Shown here piece by piece: positions 1 through 9,878 of a DNA stretch of 32,000 nucleotides (positions within the stretch are counted from its first letter, which is position 1; every line of letters starts with the position of its first letter). The position numbers and the translations under genes are program-made. Origin of the DNA: Mesoplasma florum L1 (GTDB lineage: Bacteria > Bacillota_I > Bacilli_A > Mycoplasmatales > Mycoplasmataceae); NCBI RefSeq assembly GCF_000008305.1, contig NC_006055.1, positions 630,001 to 662,000 of the forward strand. Direction: 5' to 3'. The notes below the pieces were generated by a model. That model did no database searches, was not told the DNA's origin, and was given only the letters and a program-made list of their open reading frames with translations.

Positions 1-516
1 GAATTGTTGAATACCAAACGCTAAAGATTGAGTATCCCCTACAAGTCTTGTTAAAATGTTTCCTGAAACATGATCAAAGAAGAAATCAACATCTTGTTGA
101 GCTAATCTAATTAACATTTTTTGTCTTTGATTAATTTCTACATGAAGTGAAAACTGAGCAATACTTCAGTTAACAACATACTCAGAAAGTAGTAATAAAA
201 CTAAAGCAGCTAAAGTTATATATAATCAAGCTGTTCATTCTGTTAAACCAACTTCTCATGCTAAAAAGTTTAATGTATCTGCTCCAGGTTTTGTAATGGC
301 AGAAATCATCATTGTTGCAAACACCGGAAGGAAAGTTGCAACTATAGCATCAAACATTGTAAATAAACACATTGCTCAAAATATTAACTTGTTCTCTTTT
401 GCTGATTCAAAAATTTGGCGCATAAATACACCCATTTTTTTTCATGAAAATTCTAAATTAACATCAAATCCATGTTTATTTAATTGTTTACCATTTTGTA
501 AATTATTGTTGCTCAT
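1..516 (-). CDS. ABC transporter, permease N-terminal part (partial, continues past the window edge)
   Basis: Code-4 translation from ATG at 516 gives [43 protein letters not shown]... then hydrophobic segments and '[54 protein letters not shown]', typical of an ABC exporter transmembrane domain. It overlaps the preceding ABC gene by 14 nt. Confidence 0.85.
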
Positions 517-2482
517 TATTTGTTACTTCCTTTCCATCTTTTTTTGAGTTTCCAGCATCATATAAATCTTTGAAATGACCTGGAATTTTTTTAAGTTCAT
601 TGAAAGTACCTCTTTGAACGATTCCTTGTTTTGGTGCAAGAACTAATATTTCGTCTACATTTTTAATTGTTGAAAGACGGTGAGCTATAGTAACACTTGT
701 TCTACCTTTCATTAATTCATTTAATTTAGCTTGGATTTCTTTTTCTACAATATTATCTAAAGCACTTGTTGCTTCATCCAATATTAGTAGTTGTGGATCT
801 TTTAAGAACATTCTAGCTATTACTAAACGTTGTTTTTGACCACCAGATAACATAAATCCTCTTTCACCAAGAATTGTGTCATAACCATCAGGTCAAGTCA
901 TAATTAAATCATGTAGCTCAGCTTTTTTACAAGCTGCAATAACTTGTTTATTTGTAGCTTCAAATCTACCATATCTAACATTGTCATAAACATTACCTAA
1001 GAAAATTGCTGGTTCTTGTTCAACATATCCTACTTTATCTAAATAAGATGAAAGAACTACATCTTTTAAGTCAATATCTTCGTTAATTAAAACTTGTCCA
1101 ATAGTTGGATCATAAAATCTTAATAAAAGTTTTGAAATTGTTGATTTACCTGCTCCAGTTGTCCCAACAAATGCATATGATTTACCTTGTTCAAAAGTAA
1201 AGTCAAATTTAGGTAAAACTAATTCAGTAGGTTTTTCAGGATATGCAAATGCAACATCTTTAAAATAAATATTTCCCTTTATTTTTTCTACTATAACACC
1301 ATTTTTATCTTCAAAATGATTATTAAATCTTGGTTCTTGTTCAAGTATTTCACCTATTCTCTTAGATGCAACATTTGATTGAGTTAATCCAACAAGAACT
1401 CTTAAGAATGACATTAATGGACCAATCATAAGTGATGATGCTGAAATCATACCTGGTAATACGGCAACTACTTGGTTTGAATCATAAATAAGTACTGTAG
1501 CTATAATCATTACAGTTTCGATGGCATTAATAATTAAGAATATCAATGATAAAACTATAGCTTGATAGTAGTTCATCAATGATGATTGTTTAAAGTAAGG
1601 TATATGTTTTTCAATAAATCTATTTTCTTCATATTCTTCTGTTCCAGAAGCTTTAATTAATTTAACGTTGTTAATTCTATCTGTAACATCTCCATTTACT
1701 TCAGTAACAATTTTTCTTGTTTTGTAAGCAATTGGTTTCATTGGTATAAATAAAATAAAGAATATTAAAAATAAAGTTAAGAATACACAAATTAAAACTA
1801 TAGTTAATGAACCACTAATTGTAGACATAACTATTATTGCTGCTATTGTTGTCAATATACCATTTAAGAAAGTTATTGGAATAATCCCAGTTTGTTCTCC
1901 AATGATTTGTGTATCAGAAACAACTTTTGTTAAAATTTCCCCAATTTTTTTATCAGAGTAGTATGACATGTCCATTGAAACTAATTTTTTGTTTAAGTCA
2001 TTTCTTAAATCAACTTCAATTTTTTTCCCTAACATACCAGCTGTTCATTGAGAAACAAATGTTGCAATAGCCATTGCAATAACAATACCCATTTCAATTC
2101 AAAGTAAACCTGTAAAGTTAACTCCTCATCATTTAGCTAAAGCTTGACTATATCTTTCTCATAAATCTGTTCCTTCAGCAGCGTCTTTATATCTTTCAAC
2201 TACTACTGCTGTACTCATTTGTTCAATAATTTTTGGAGTCATAGCTGTAGCAACTGAAAGAATTAAAACAGAAACTAGCATTAAGAAAGTTCACATTTTG
2301 TTTTTACCCATATATCTTAAAATTAAAGCTATATAAGATTTTGATTTTTTCTTTGATTTTGTTGGTTCAAGTTCAGTGTTTAAATCTGATTTTTTTAATC
2401 ATCTTGAAACTCTTACTTGAGGTGTTGAAGATTCATTGATTTTTTCATTATCAAGCATCTCTTGTTCTTCTCTGTCGATCAT
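503..2482 (-). CDS. ABC transporter ATP-binding/permease protein (exporter, MsbA/LmrA-like architecture)
   Basis: The ORF is continuous when TGA is read as Trp (joins track ORFs 893..2035 and 503..853). Walker A '[15 protein letters not shown]', signature '[10 protein letters not shown]', Walker B '[12 protein letters not shown]', H-loop '[10 protein letters not shown]', and an N-terminal transmembrane domain. Confidence 0.95.
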
Positions 2483-2548
2483 AAATACCCTCTTTTCTAA
2501 ATAAAATTACTTTTGTATTTTAAATATTTTACCACCAAAATACAAAAT

Positions 2549-2570
2549 AAAAAACACCAAAAGTGTTTTT
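2549..2570 (-). terminator. Rho-independent terminator downstream of the DprA-like gene
   Basis: On the minus strand: AAACAC-TTTTG-GTGTTT followed by a T-rich run. It overlaps the last bases of the gene. Confidence 0.6.
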
Positions 2571-3348
2571 AAATTTGATTTAGAATATCTGTTGCACTTT
2601 CTAATAATTTAGCGCCATTTTTTAATAAATTATTGCTAGAAGATTCAGTATCTTTTAAATTTTGTGGAATTGCGAAATAGGGTTTATTTTCATTTAGAAC
2701 AGCATTAAACAAAGGCTCAATTTTTTTAAAATTTGAATGTTCTAAGAATATAATCGCTTTTGATAATCCATTTATTATTCTTATATTCATTTCTTCTTTG
2801 TTGTTATTTGACTTATACTTAAAATTATTTGATTCTTCATATTCACTTATGATTATAAAATCATAATATTCTATATTTTTATGTTTCGCTCAAGATTCAC
2901 TGTTTAAAAATGATTGAAGTGGTTCTTTAGTTACAACAATTAACTTACCTTGTTTTTCAATGATAAAGTCTAATAATTTATTATCTTGAGAATTTTCACA
3001 AGATAATAGTATTGTTCTATTTTCTTTAATAAGATCTTCAACTACCTGTTTTATTACTTTAAAGTTATACTCATCAATATTATCTGAACTATTAATAAAA
3101 ATTGTTTGAAAGTAATTTTGTAGTAATGAAATATTACCTAAATAATAAAGAATGAAAGGGGGCTTCATTATTTGTTTTAAGTTGTTTGGGTATAGTGGAT
3201 TTATAATGGAAATAAAGTTATTTGGTATAGAATTTGGAACTTTAATTAAATCTTGTGTTTCTATTTTTTCTTTTCTATCTAACGCATCATAAATTTTTTC
3301 TCAATCCCCATGGTATTTTAAAGAAAAATATAATAGTACATTATCCAT
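2569..3348 (-). CDS. dprA: Divergent/degenerate DprA (Smf)-like DNA processing protein
   Basis: Code-4 ORF of 259 aa. 'LYPNNLKQIMKPPFILYYLGN' matches the conserved DprA N-terminal pattern, and 'IIISEY...MNIRIINGLSKAIIFLEH...AVLNENKPYFAIPQN...NNLLKNGAKLLESATDIL' matches the DprA C-terminal half. The central motifs are eroded. Confidence 0.65.
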
Positions 3349-3352
3349 AGTA

Positions 3353-3658
3353 TTAATTTAAATACATTATTCTATTTGCAATAATTTCGTTAAAAACATT
3401 TGAGCTTTCTTTATTAACTGATGAATGTATTCTAGCTTCAATTCCAACAACAGCTTGATCATGTAAAGCAAACTCATCATTAATAGCAGATGATCAGGCT
3501 TTTATGTTAATTAAATCATCTTCATTTTTACCTGTTTTAGATTTATATAGGTTAGGTACTCTAACTACAAACTTATATAATTTTGCATTACCATCTTTTG
3601 ATGTGTAAGTAACTTGTGCATCTCCTTCAATTTGACCAATTATATTTACTAAATTCAT
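3353..3658 (-). CDS. Single-stranded DNA-binding protein-like (SSB/PriB OB-fold), 101 aa
   Basis: Code-4 ORF 'MNLVNIIGQIEGDAQVTYTSKDGNAKLYKFVVRVPNLY...DDLINIKAWSSAINDEFALHDQAVVGIEARIHSSVN...', with the SSB N-terminal pattern (N-x-hh-G-x-h...F-x-h-x-V) and the W-containing strand. Confidence 0.65.
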
Positions 3659-3680
3659 ATGAACTCCTTTTTTTATATGT

Positions 3681-3694
3681 GTCAGATACCTGAC
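3681..3694. promoter_or_regulatory. Perfect short inverted repeat upstream of the SSB-like gene
   Basis: GTCAG-ATAC-CTGAC lies about 25 nt upstream of the start codon (3658), next to a TATATTAT-like AT-rich element. Confidence 0.3.
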
Positions 3695-3715
3695 ATAATA
3701 TAATTAAGAAAAAAA

Positions 3716-3743
3716 TAAAAAAAATAACATTAAAAGTTATTTT
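3716..3743 (-). terminator. Probable Rho-independent terminator at the rnhB 3' end
   Basis: AAATAAC...GTTATTT stem followed by a T run on the minus strand; overlaps the rnhB stop codon. Confidence 0.5.
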
Positions 3744-4356
3744 CTAGAATATCTTTAATTGGTTTGTAGGTTTTTCGGTGTATTGGCAAAACACCAAGCA
3801 TTTTAGTTTTTTCAACATGTTCTTTTACACAATAACCTTTATGAGATTCAAAATTATATTCAGGATAAATTTTAGCATAATCCAACATTATATTGTCTCT
3901 TGTAGTTTTTGCTAAAATTGAAGCTGCTGCAATTGATTGACTTAAATCATCCCCTTTAATAAATGGGGCACATACATATTCTTGAATAATAATATTTTCT
4001 GCATCAATCAAACATAAATCAGGCTTAGGTTTTAAATTCATAATAGATTTTGTCATACCAATTCTGCTAGCTTGTTTAGGATTTAATATATCTACTTCAT
4101 CTGCTTCAATTATTTCAATAGCATAGCTTATAGCTACTGACTTTATTTCTTCGCAAAGTGATTCTCTTTGCTTTTTGCTTAATTTTTTTGAATCTCTAAT
4201 TAAACAATTTTTATAATCTTTTGGCAATATTACACTTGCTACAACAACAGGTCCTGCCATTGCACCTCTACCAGCTTCATCACTGCCACTAATAAAATCA
4301 GTTTTATATTTTTCTCTAATTTGACTATCAAATAATATTCTTGATTCATCTATCAT
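3730..4356 (-). CDS. rnhB: Ribonuclease HII
   Basis: 208 aa with 'GSDEAGRGAMAGPVVVASVIL', 'SKKLS', 'AASILAKTTRD' and 'YPEYNFESHKGYCVKEH', signatures of RNase HII. Confidence 0.95.
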   Translation of the reverse strand: MIDESRILFDSQIREKYKTDFISGSDEAGRGAMAGPVVVASVILPKDYKNCLIRDSKKLSKKQRESLCEEIKSVAISYAIEIIEADEVDILNPKQASRIGMTKSIMNLKPKPDLCLIDAENIIIQEYVCAPFIKGDDLSQSIAAASILAKTTRDNIMLDYAKIYPEYNFESHKGYCVKEHVEKTKMLGVLPIHRKTYKPIKDILENNF

Positions 4357-5297
4357 AAATCTGAAATATCCTCGATTGCTTTTTCATTTTTAATTTTTGA
4401 TGCTTTTTCCATTTCCTCTGGAACAACTTCTAAAATTCTTTCAAAAGAAACTTTATTAAATTCATTAGCAATAATATCTCTCATAAAAGCATCAATTACT
4501 CTATCATAGTCAAGTAAATCATCATTCATGTATCATTTTCTTACTTTTGCAATCATTTCAAAAATTATAAAAGTATCTGTTATTTGAATTGGTCTTTGTA
4601 ATCTGGGAGAAATTTTATAATGATTTTCAATTAATCCTTCATAGTGATTAAATAAGTATTGCATTAATTTTCCTGCAACTCTTTCTTTAGGATATACATC
4701 TTCTTTAATAGAATTAATTGCACATATATTAGTTGCTACAGTTTCATTTTCTAACTTTGCTGGTAACACTCCGGGTGTATCTAATAAAGAAATAAATTGT
4801 GATAAGTGTATTAATTGAATACCTCTTGTTAATCCTGGTTTATTACCAGCTTTAACACTTTTGTTTTTGATCAATCTATTAATGAATGTTGACTTACCTA
4901 CATTTGGGATTCCAATAACTAAAACATTAATTAATGAGTTTACCATTCCTTTTGCTTTATCTTTTTCTTGTTTTTCTTTTGTTGCTTTATTAATTAAGTC
5001 AATTAATGGTTTAACAATATTTTTTTGTTTATCGTCTAAAACCATTACAGTATTATTTTTTTTCTCATAAAACTCAACTCATTCTTTAGTTATATTTGGG
5101 TCTGCAATATCAGCTTTTGATAAAACATATAAGATTGGTTTATTCTTTAAAATTTTTGAAAAAGTTAAATTACGAGATGAATATGGTGCACGGGCATCTA
5201 AAATCTCGATTACTAAATCAACTACAGGTATTTTTTCTTCAATGTTTTTTAAAGTCTTATTCATATGACCTGGAAATCAGTTAAATTCTGCACTCAT
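4350..5297 (-). CDS. rbgA: Ribosome biogenesis GTPase (RbgA/YlqF family)
   Basis: Code-4 ORF 'MSAEFNWFPGHMNKTLKNIEEKIPVVDLVIEILDARAPYSSRN...LYVLSKADIAD...VLVIGIPNVGKSTFINRLIKNKSVKAGNKPGLTRGIQ...LLDTPGVLPAK'. Circularly permuted G motifs (NKxD-like KAD, then GxxNVGKS). Ends TTA-TGA(W)-TAG and overlaps rnhB by 7 nt. Confidence 0.95.
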
Positions 5298-5340
5298 ATC
5301 GTTTTCTCCTTTTAAATCTTTTTATATTATAACAAATAAA

Positions 5341-5368
5341 AAAACCCTCATTTATTATGAGAGTTATA
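5341..5368 (-). terminator. Rho-independent terminator downstream of rplS
   Basis: Minus strand: CTCAT-AATAA-ATGAG followed by GGTTTTTTT. Confidence 0.7.
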
Positions 5369-5386
5369 TTGTTTAATAATTGACAA

Positions 5387-5773
5387 CTATTTTTTATCAG
5401 CTTTTGTTGGTAAGATTTCTTTAATTCTTGCAGCTTTACCTGATAATTTTCTGATGTAGTAAATTCTAGCTCTACGTACACGTCCACGTTTAACGATAGT
5501 AACTTTATCAATAATTGGTGAATGTAGTGGGAAAGTTCTTTCTACGAATACACCGTTTGATAATTTTCTAACAACAACAGAATAAGTAATACCTGAACCT
5601 TGAGTTTTGATTACTAATCCTTCAAATGTTTGAATACGGAATTTTTCTCCCTCTTTAATTTTAACGTCAACTTTAATAGTATCCCCTGATGTAAAATCTG
5701 GTAAGTCGTTACGTAATTGGTTGTTAATAATAGCGTATTTTGATTGTGTTGTTTTAGTTGCTTTTGATGCCAT
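5387..5773 (-). CDS. rplS: 50S ribosomal protein L19
   Basis: 128 aa: '[91 protein letters not shown]'. Confidence 0.98.
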   Translation of the reverse strand: MASKATKTTQSKYAIINNQLRNDLPDFTSGDTIKVDVKIKEGEKFRIQTFEGLVIKTQGSGITYSVVVRKLSNGVFVERTFPLHSPIIDKVTIVKRGRVRRARIYYIRKLSGKAARIKEILPTKADKK

Positions 5774-5774
5774 A

Positions 5775-6506
5775 TTATTTATCTCCTTTCGATTTTCTAA
5801 GATTTTCTAATAATTGTATTTGTATTTTATTTAATTTGGACTCATCAATTAAATCTGGTCTTTTATTAAAAGTAGAAATTAATTGTTGTTCGTCTCTTCA
5901 CTTTTGAATATTAGCGTGATGTCCACTTAAAAGGACTTCAGGAACTTTGTCTCCCCTATAATCATGGGGTTTTGTATACACTGGATAATCTAATAAATTA
6001 TTTTCAAAACTTTCTTGCTCATGTGATTCAGTATTTATAACTCCTGGTAGAATTCTAGTAATAGAATCTAGCATTATTAATGAAGGTAACTCCCCACCAG
6101 TTAACACATAGTCACCAATAGATATTTCAACATCAATATATTTTAATATTCTTTCATCAAAACCTTCATAATGACCACATACTATAATGATGTGATTGTA
6201 TTCTGTTGCAAATGATTTTGCTAAGTTTTGATTTCAAGTTTTCCCTTGTGGAGATGTTAATACAACAATTGAGTTTTCTGTTTTAACAGATTCAATTGCA
6301 CTAACAACTGGATCACACATTAAAACCATTCCTCTTCCCCCTCCAAATTGATATTCATCAACTTGATTATGAGGTAGTGTTGTAAAATCTCTTATATCAA
6401 TAATTTCTAATTCAATCTTTTCACGCTCTAGAGCTTTTTTAATAATTGATTCAGAAATATAAGATTTAATAATATTTGGGAATAACGTTAGAATTGAATA
6501 TTTCAT
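5775..6506 (-). CDS. trmD: tRNA (guanine37-N1)-methyltransferase
   Basis: Code-4 join of track ORFs: '[26 protein letters not shown]...[32 protein letters not shown]...[11 protein letters not shown]...[30 protein letters not shown]...[35 protein letters not shown]'. Confidence 0.98.
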
Positions 6507-7006
6507 TATTTTAATCCTTCAATGTTTTTTAAAGTTATAATTCTAGATTCATCATCAATGTTGTTAGTGTACACATCAACCAAAGGTACTCAAAATGCTT
6601 TTTCTTCATTTTCTAATAGTACTTTGACTAAATCATGATTACCATTAAACATTGTTTCAATAACTTTACCATTTTGTTTGTTATACACAACAGAATAGTA
6701 AGTTAAATCATAGAATATTGAAAATGCATCATTGTCATTTAAATATTTAACTTTTTTGCCTTTAAAGATTTCAACCTCATTAATATGATTATGTTCTTTA
6801 AAGTAAACAACTAAATGACTTTTTTGCATACTTATTGATTCAACTTGTTTTGGAATAATTACATTGTTTGTGTTTTCAATAAATAAAAGTTTAATTCCAT
6901 TTATGTCATTAACTTCAATGCTTTTTTCTAAAGCTATCTTCACAGCTCCTTTAATACCAAATGTGTTGACAATTTTTCCAATAGATAATAAATTTTTATT
7001 TTCCAT
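6506..7006 (-). CDS. rimM: Ribosome maturation factor RimM (16S rRNA processing)
   Basis: '[19 protein letters not shown]' N-terminus and '[21 protein letters not shown]' C-terminal motif; positioned between trmD and rpsP. TAATG overlap with trmD. Confidence 0.9.
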
Positions 7007-7063
7007 TTTACTTCCTTGCTAAATTTAAAGTGGTTTTAAAACAAATTTTTAATTCTGTTCGAA

Positions 7064-7333
7064 TTATTTTTTGTTAGCAAGTTTTGCTTCGTGTAATGCT
7101 TTCATTACACCTTGTTGTGATAATAATTCTCTAACAGTTTCAGTTGGTTGAGCACCATTTTGTAATCATTTTAAAGCTAATTCATTGTTAATTTTAACTT
7201 CTGATTTTAATGGATCAAATGTTCCAATTAACTCTATGTATTGACCATTACGGTTAACTCTTGAATCAGCAGCAACGATTCTGTAGAAAGGTGCTTGTTT
7301 TTTACCAATTCTTTTTAATCTAATTTTTACCAT
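7064..7333 (-). CDS. rpsP: 30S ribosomal protein S16
   Basis: '[43 protein letters not shown]...[23 protein letters not shown]'. AGGAGG-like RBS. The track start at 7393 is an over-extension. Confidence 0.98.
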
Positions 7334-7365
7334 GTTTCCTCCTATAATTTTTAAAACCTTATTTA

Positions 7366-7393
7366 ATTTTACTAAAAATAAAAAGGGTGTCAA
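7366..7393 (-). promoter_or_regulatory. Putative sigma-A type promoter for rpsP-rimM-trmD-rplS
   Basis: Minus strand TTGACA (7393-7388), 16-nt spacer, TAAAAT (7371-7366), located about 33 nt upstream of the rpsP ATG. Confidence 0.65.
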
Positions 7394-7420
7394 GTAAAAC
7401 TACTTAACTTCCCTCATTTT

Positions 7421-8290
7421 TTATTTATATCTGTGGTTTATTGGTCTCATTCTTCATTCAACAATGCTGAAAATTGAGAAAGCTACGCTATATCTTAAGA
7501 TATTTCATGCAAATATTGAAATTCCAATAACAAAATTAATATCTGCTACATTTTCTAACTTACCATCTGAATGATCATGTCCTTCATGGAATAAACTTAT
7601 TGAATGTTCATGTACATGATGACTATTAGTTGTTAAGCCGTCTAAATACATTCCTAATATAAACATACCTGTTGTAATAATTGATGCAAATATAATCATT
7701 AGTGGAATTGGTGCGAACCTTTTGAATCTAGATTTTATTTTATTTGTTTCTCTATGTATTGGTGAGTTATTAAAAAGTACATTGAACACAAGTCATACCA
7801 TTCAAACAATTAACACATTTTGAGGTGCTTCAATGACAGTTGATCAAATACCATGATCTCCACCATGCATGGCAAAATGAATAAAAGGATTTAATAATCC
7901 AATAATTGATGAAAATATTGGACCCAATGTTGCTATTGATATACAAATAAATGCAATATCTAAAAATCTAAAATCAATTCATAGTTGACCTGAACCTACT
8001 GGTAACGCAATTTTTTCAAATAAAATGTCTAGAGCGCTAACTGTTGCTGTTAAAGCTAAGAACACAGAAGTAAGTACCATTTTATAAATAAGTCTTCTTC
8101 TAGACATTCTAAATTCAATAGATAGTTTAAATTCATCTTTTTCAATATGGTCATGCCCACCTTTTGAATCAAAGTGATGAATTCCATGATAGTGATCTTC
8201 TTTTCTATGTTCTTTTTTGCTTATTTCTTCTTCTTCGTTTAAACTTATATCTTTTAAATAAGTTCCATATTCTTTTTCTTTGTTTTTCAT
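7421..8290 (-). CDS. ECF-type transporter S component-like multi-pass membrane protein with His-rich segments
   Basis: Code-4 ORF of 289 aa. N-terminal 'KKEHRKEDHYHGIHHFDSKGGHDHIEKDE', then 'MVLTSVFLALTATVSALDILFEKIALPVGSGQLWIDFRFLDIAFICISIATLGPIFSSIIGLLNPFIHF', which resembles ECF S components. A second His cluster is 'SHHVHEHSISLFHEGHDH'. RBS AGGAG. Confidence 0.55.
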
Positions 8291-8401
8291 GTTTTCTCCT
8301 AATTTATAAAAATTATAAATAAGAATTATAAATATTTCAAGCAATTTTAAAAAAATAAAAATAATATAAGATAAAATAAAAAAAGAAATGAGGAAATTAA
8401 T

Positions 8402-8965
8402 ATGTCAAAAAACAATGTATTAGATATGATCGTTGAAATTCCTAAAGGTTCTTCTAATAAATATGAAGTAGATGCAAAAACTGGAAGAATTATTTTAGAT
8501 AGAGTTTTATACGGTGCTAACTTTTACCCAGGAGAATACGGAATGGTTGAAAATACACTAGACTGAGATGGAGATCCATTAGATGTTATTAGTTTATGTA
8601 CATACCCAACAATGCCTGGTGTTCAAGTAAGTGTTAGAATTTTAGGATCAATTAAAATGATTGATGCTGGAGAAATTGATACTAAATTATTTGGAGTTTT
8701 CAATGACGATCCAAGATTTAGTTCTTATGAAAAATTAGAAGATGTTCCTCAACACTTACGTGATGAAATTGAAAACTTCTTCTTACAATACAAAGCTTTA
8801 CAAAAAAAATCAGTAAAAATTAACGGTTGAGGAACTTTAGAAGAAGCAATCGAAGAATTACATGAATGTAAAGAAAGATTTGCAGAATACAAAGACAGAC
8901 TTGAAGCTGGTGAAAGAGACTTAATCTTAGCTGAGTGAAAAGAAAAAGGAATTGGGCAAGGATAA
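8402..8965 (+). CDS. ppa: Inorganic pyrophosphatase
   Basis: Code-4 ORF of 187 aa: 'MSKNNVLDMIVEIPKGSSNKYEVDAKTGRIILDRVLYGANFYPGEYGMVENTLDWDGDPLDVISLCTYPTMPGVQVSVRILGSIKMIDAGEIDTKLFGV...'. Confidence 0.97.
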
Positions 8966-8968
8966 TTT

Positions 8969-8991
8969 AAACAACTTAAAGTTGTTTTTTT
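8969..8991 (+). terminator. Rho-independent terminator of ppa
   Basis: AACAACTTAAAGTTGTT followed by TTTTTT. Confidence 0.7.
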
Positions 8992-8994
8992 ATA

Positions 8995-9019
8995 CAAAAA
9001 AAGAGGTTTTTAACCTCTA
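8995..9019 (-). terminator. Rho-independent terminator of the 9022..9816 gene (convergent with ppa)
   Basis: Minus strand GAGGTT-AAA-AACCTC followed by a T run. Confidence 0.7.
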
Positions 9020-9021
9020 TC

Positions 9022-9816
9022 TTACATATAAACAAATGGTCCAACTCATTTAGCGTTTTCTCAAAACTCAGAATTTTTTATTAATGGTAAATAACTTATT
9101 TTTATATTTTGAGCATAAGTTCTTGCACTAATGAAATCTTGAACATATTCTTCTAAAGTTAATTTAACCAATGAGCTGATTTCATCAGTGTAATTATATT
9201 CAATAGCTTCTTTAACTTTAAGTGAAAAGAAATAAGACATAATCATAGAAATAAATCCTATAAAAAATAATACTGAAAACATAGGGATTTTTCATATTCA
9301 AAGAATAATCTTATCTGTGTTTTCGCTTGTTCTTCCACTCATATAACCAAATAAAATACAATTTATTAATAAACAAATACACATTAGTGCTAAAGATAAA
9401 AATGGAATAGTTACTAACAATCATTTGTATCCTCTTACCAAACCATTTTTTTCATTTATTTTTGACGCTATTCACAATCTTGAAATAATATAATCAATTT
9501 CATATCCAACAGATTCAAATATTTTTTTAGATATCACAATTTGTTTTTTACTTTTATTTAGGTTTCTAAATAAACTAATATAGTTTTCTGTATCTGCATA
9601 AATGATTTCATAATCTGCTAAATGATAAATTCTTTTAAACTGTTCTATAATTCTTTCAATTTCTTTTGAGCTTATAACATCATTGTATGAATTGATTCTG
9701 GGTACTTGATAATTTATATATGACTTATTAAAATACAACACCGAAAATAGTAACGATATCATAACAATAAAGTTAACTATTAATAACATTAAATTTATAA
9801 TAAATAAGTTATCCAT
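9022..9816 (-). CDS. Membrane protein, possibly a divergent/inactive YugP-like (zinc metallopeptidase fold) homologue
   Basis: Code-4 ORF of 264 aa. N-terminal TM segment, a soluble region 'EIERIIEQFKRIYHLADYEIIYADTENYISLFRNLNKSKKQIVISKKIFESVGYEIDYIISRLW', then two further TM segments. Membrane topology is well supported; the family call is weak. Confidence 0.4.
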
Positions 9817-9838
9817 ATTATCACCTATAATGATTATA

Positions 9839-9862
9839 AAAAAAATAACACCTAAGTGTTAT
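9839..9862 (-). terminator. Rho-independent terminator downstream of yebC
   Basis: Minus strand ATAACAC-TTAG-GTGTTAT followed by a T run. Confidence 0.7.
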
Positions 9863-9878
9863 AAAAAGATTTTATTAA

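Noticed and set aside
296-547. Track ORF on + strand (83 aa)
   Set aside because: It is antisense to the ABC transporter N-terminus, has low-complexity hydrophobic content and matches no family. Spurious.
4861-5284. Track ORFs 4861..5070 + and 5096..5284 +
   Set aside because: Both lie antisense within the well-supported rbgA coding sequence.
8749-8997. Track ORF on - strand (82 aa), Ser/Cys-rich
   Set aside because: It is antisense to ppa and its terminator. The composition is the reverse complement of the ppa coding sequence.
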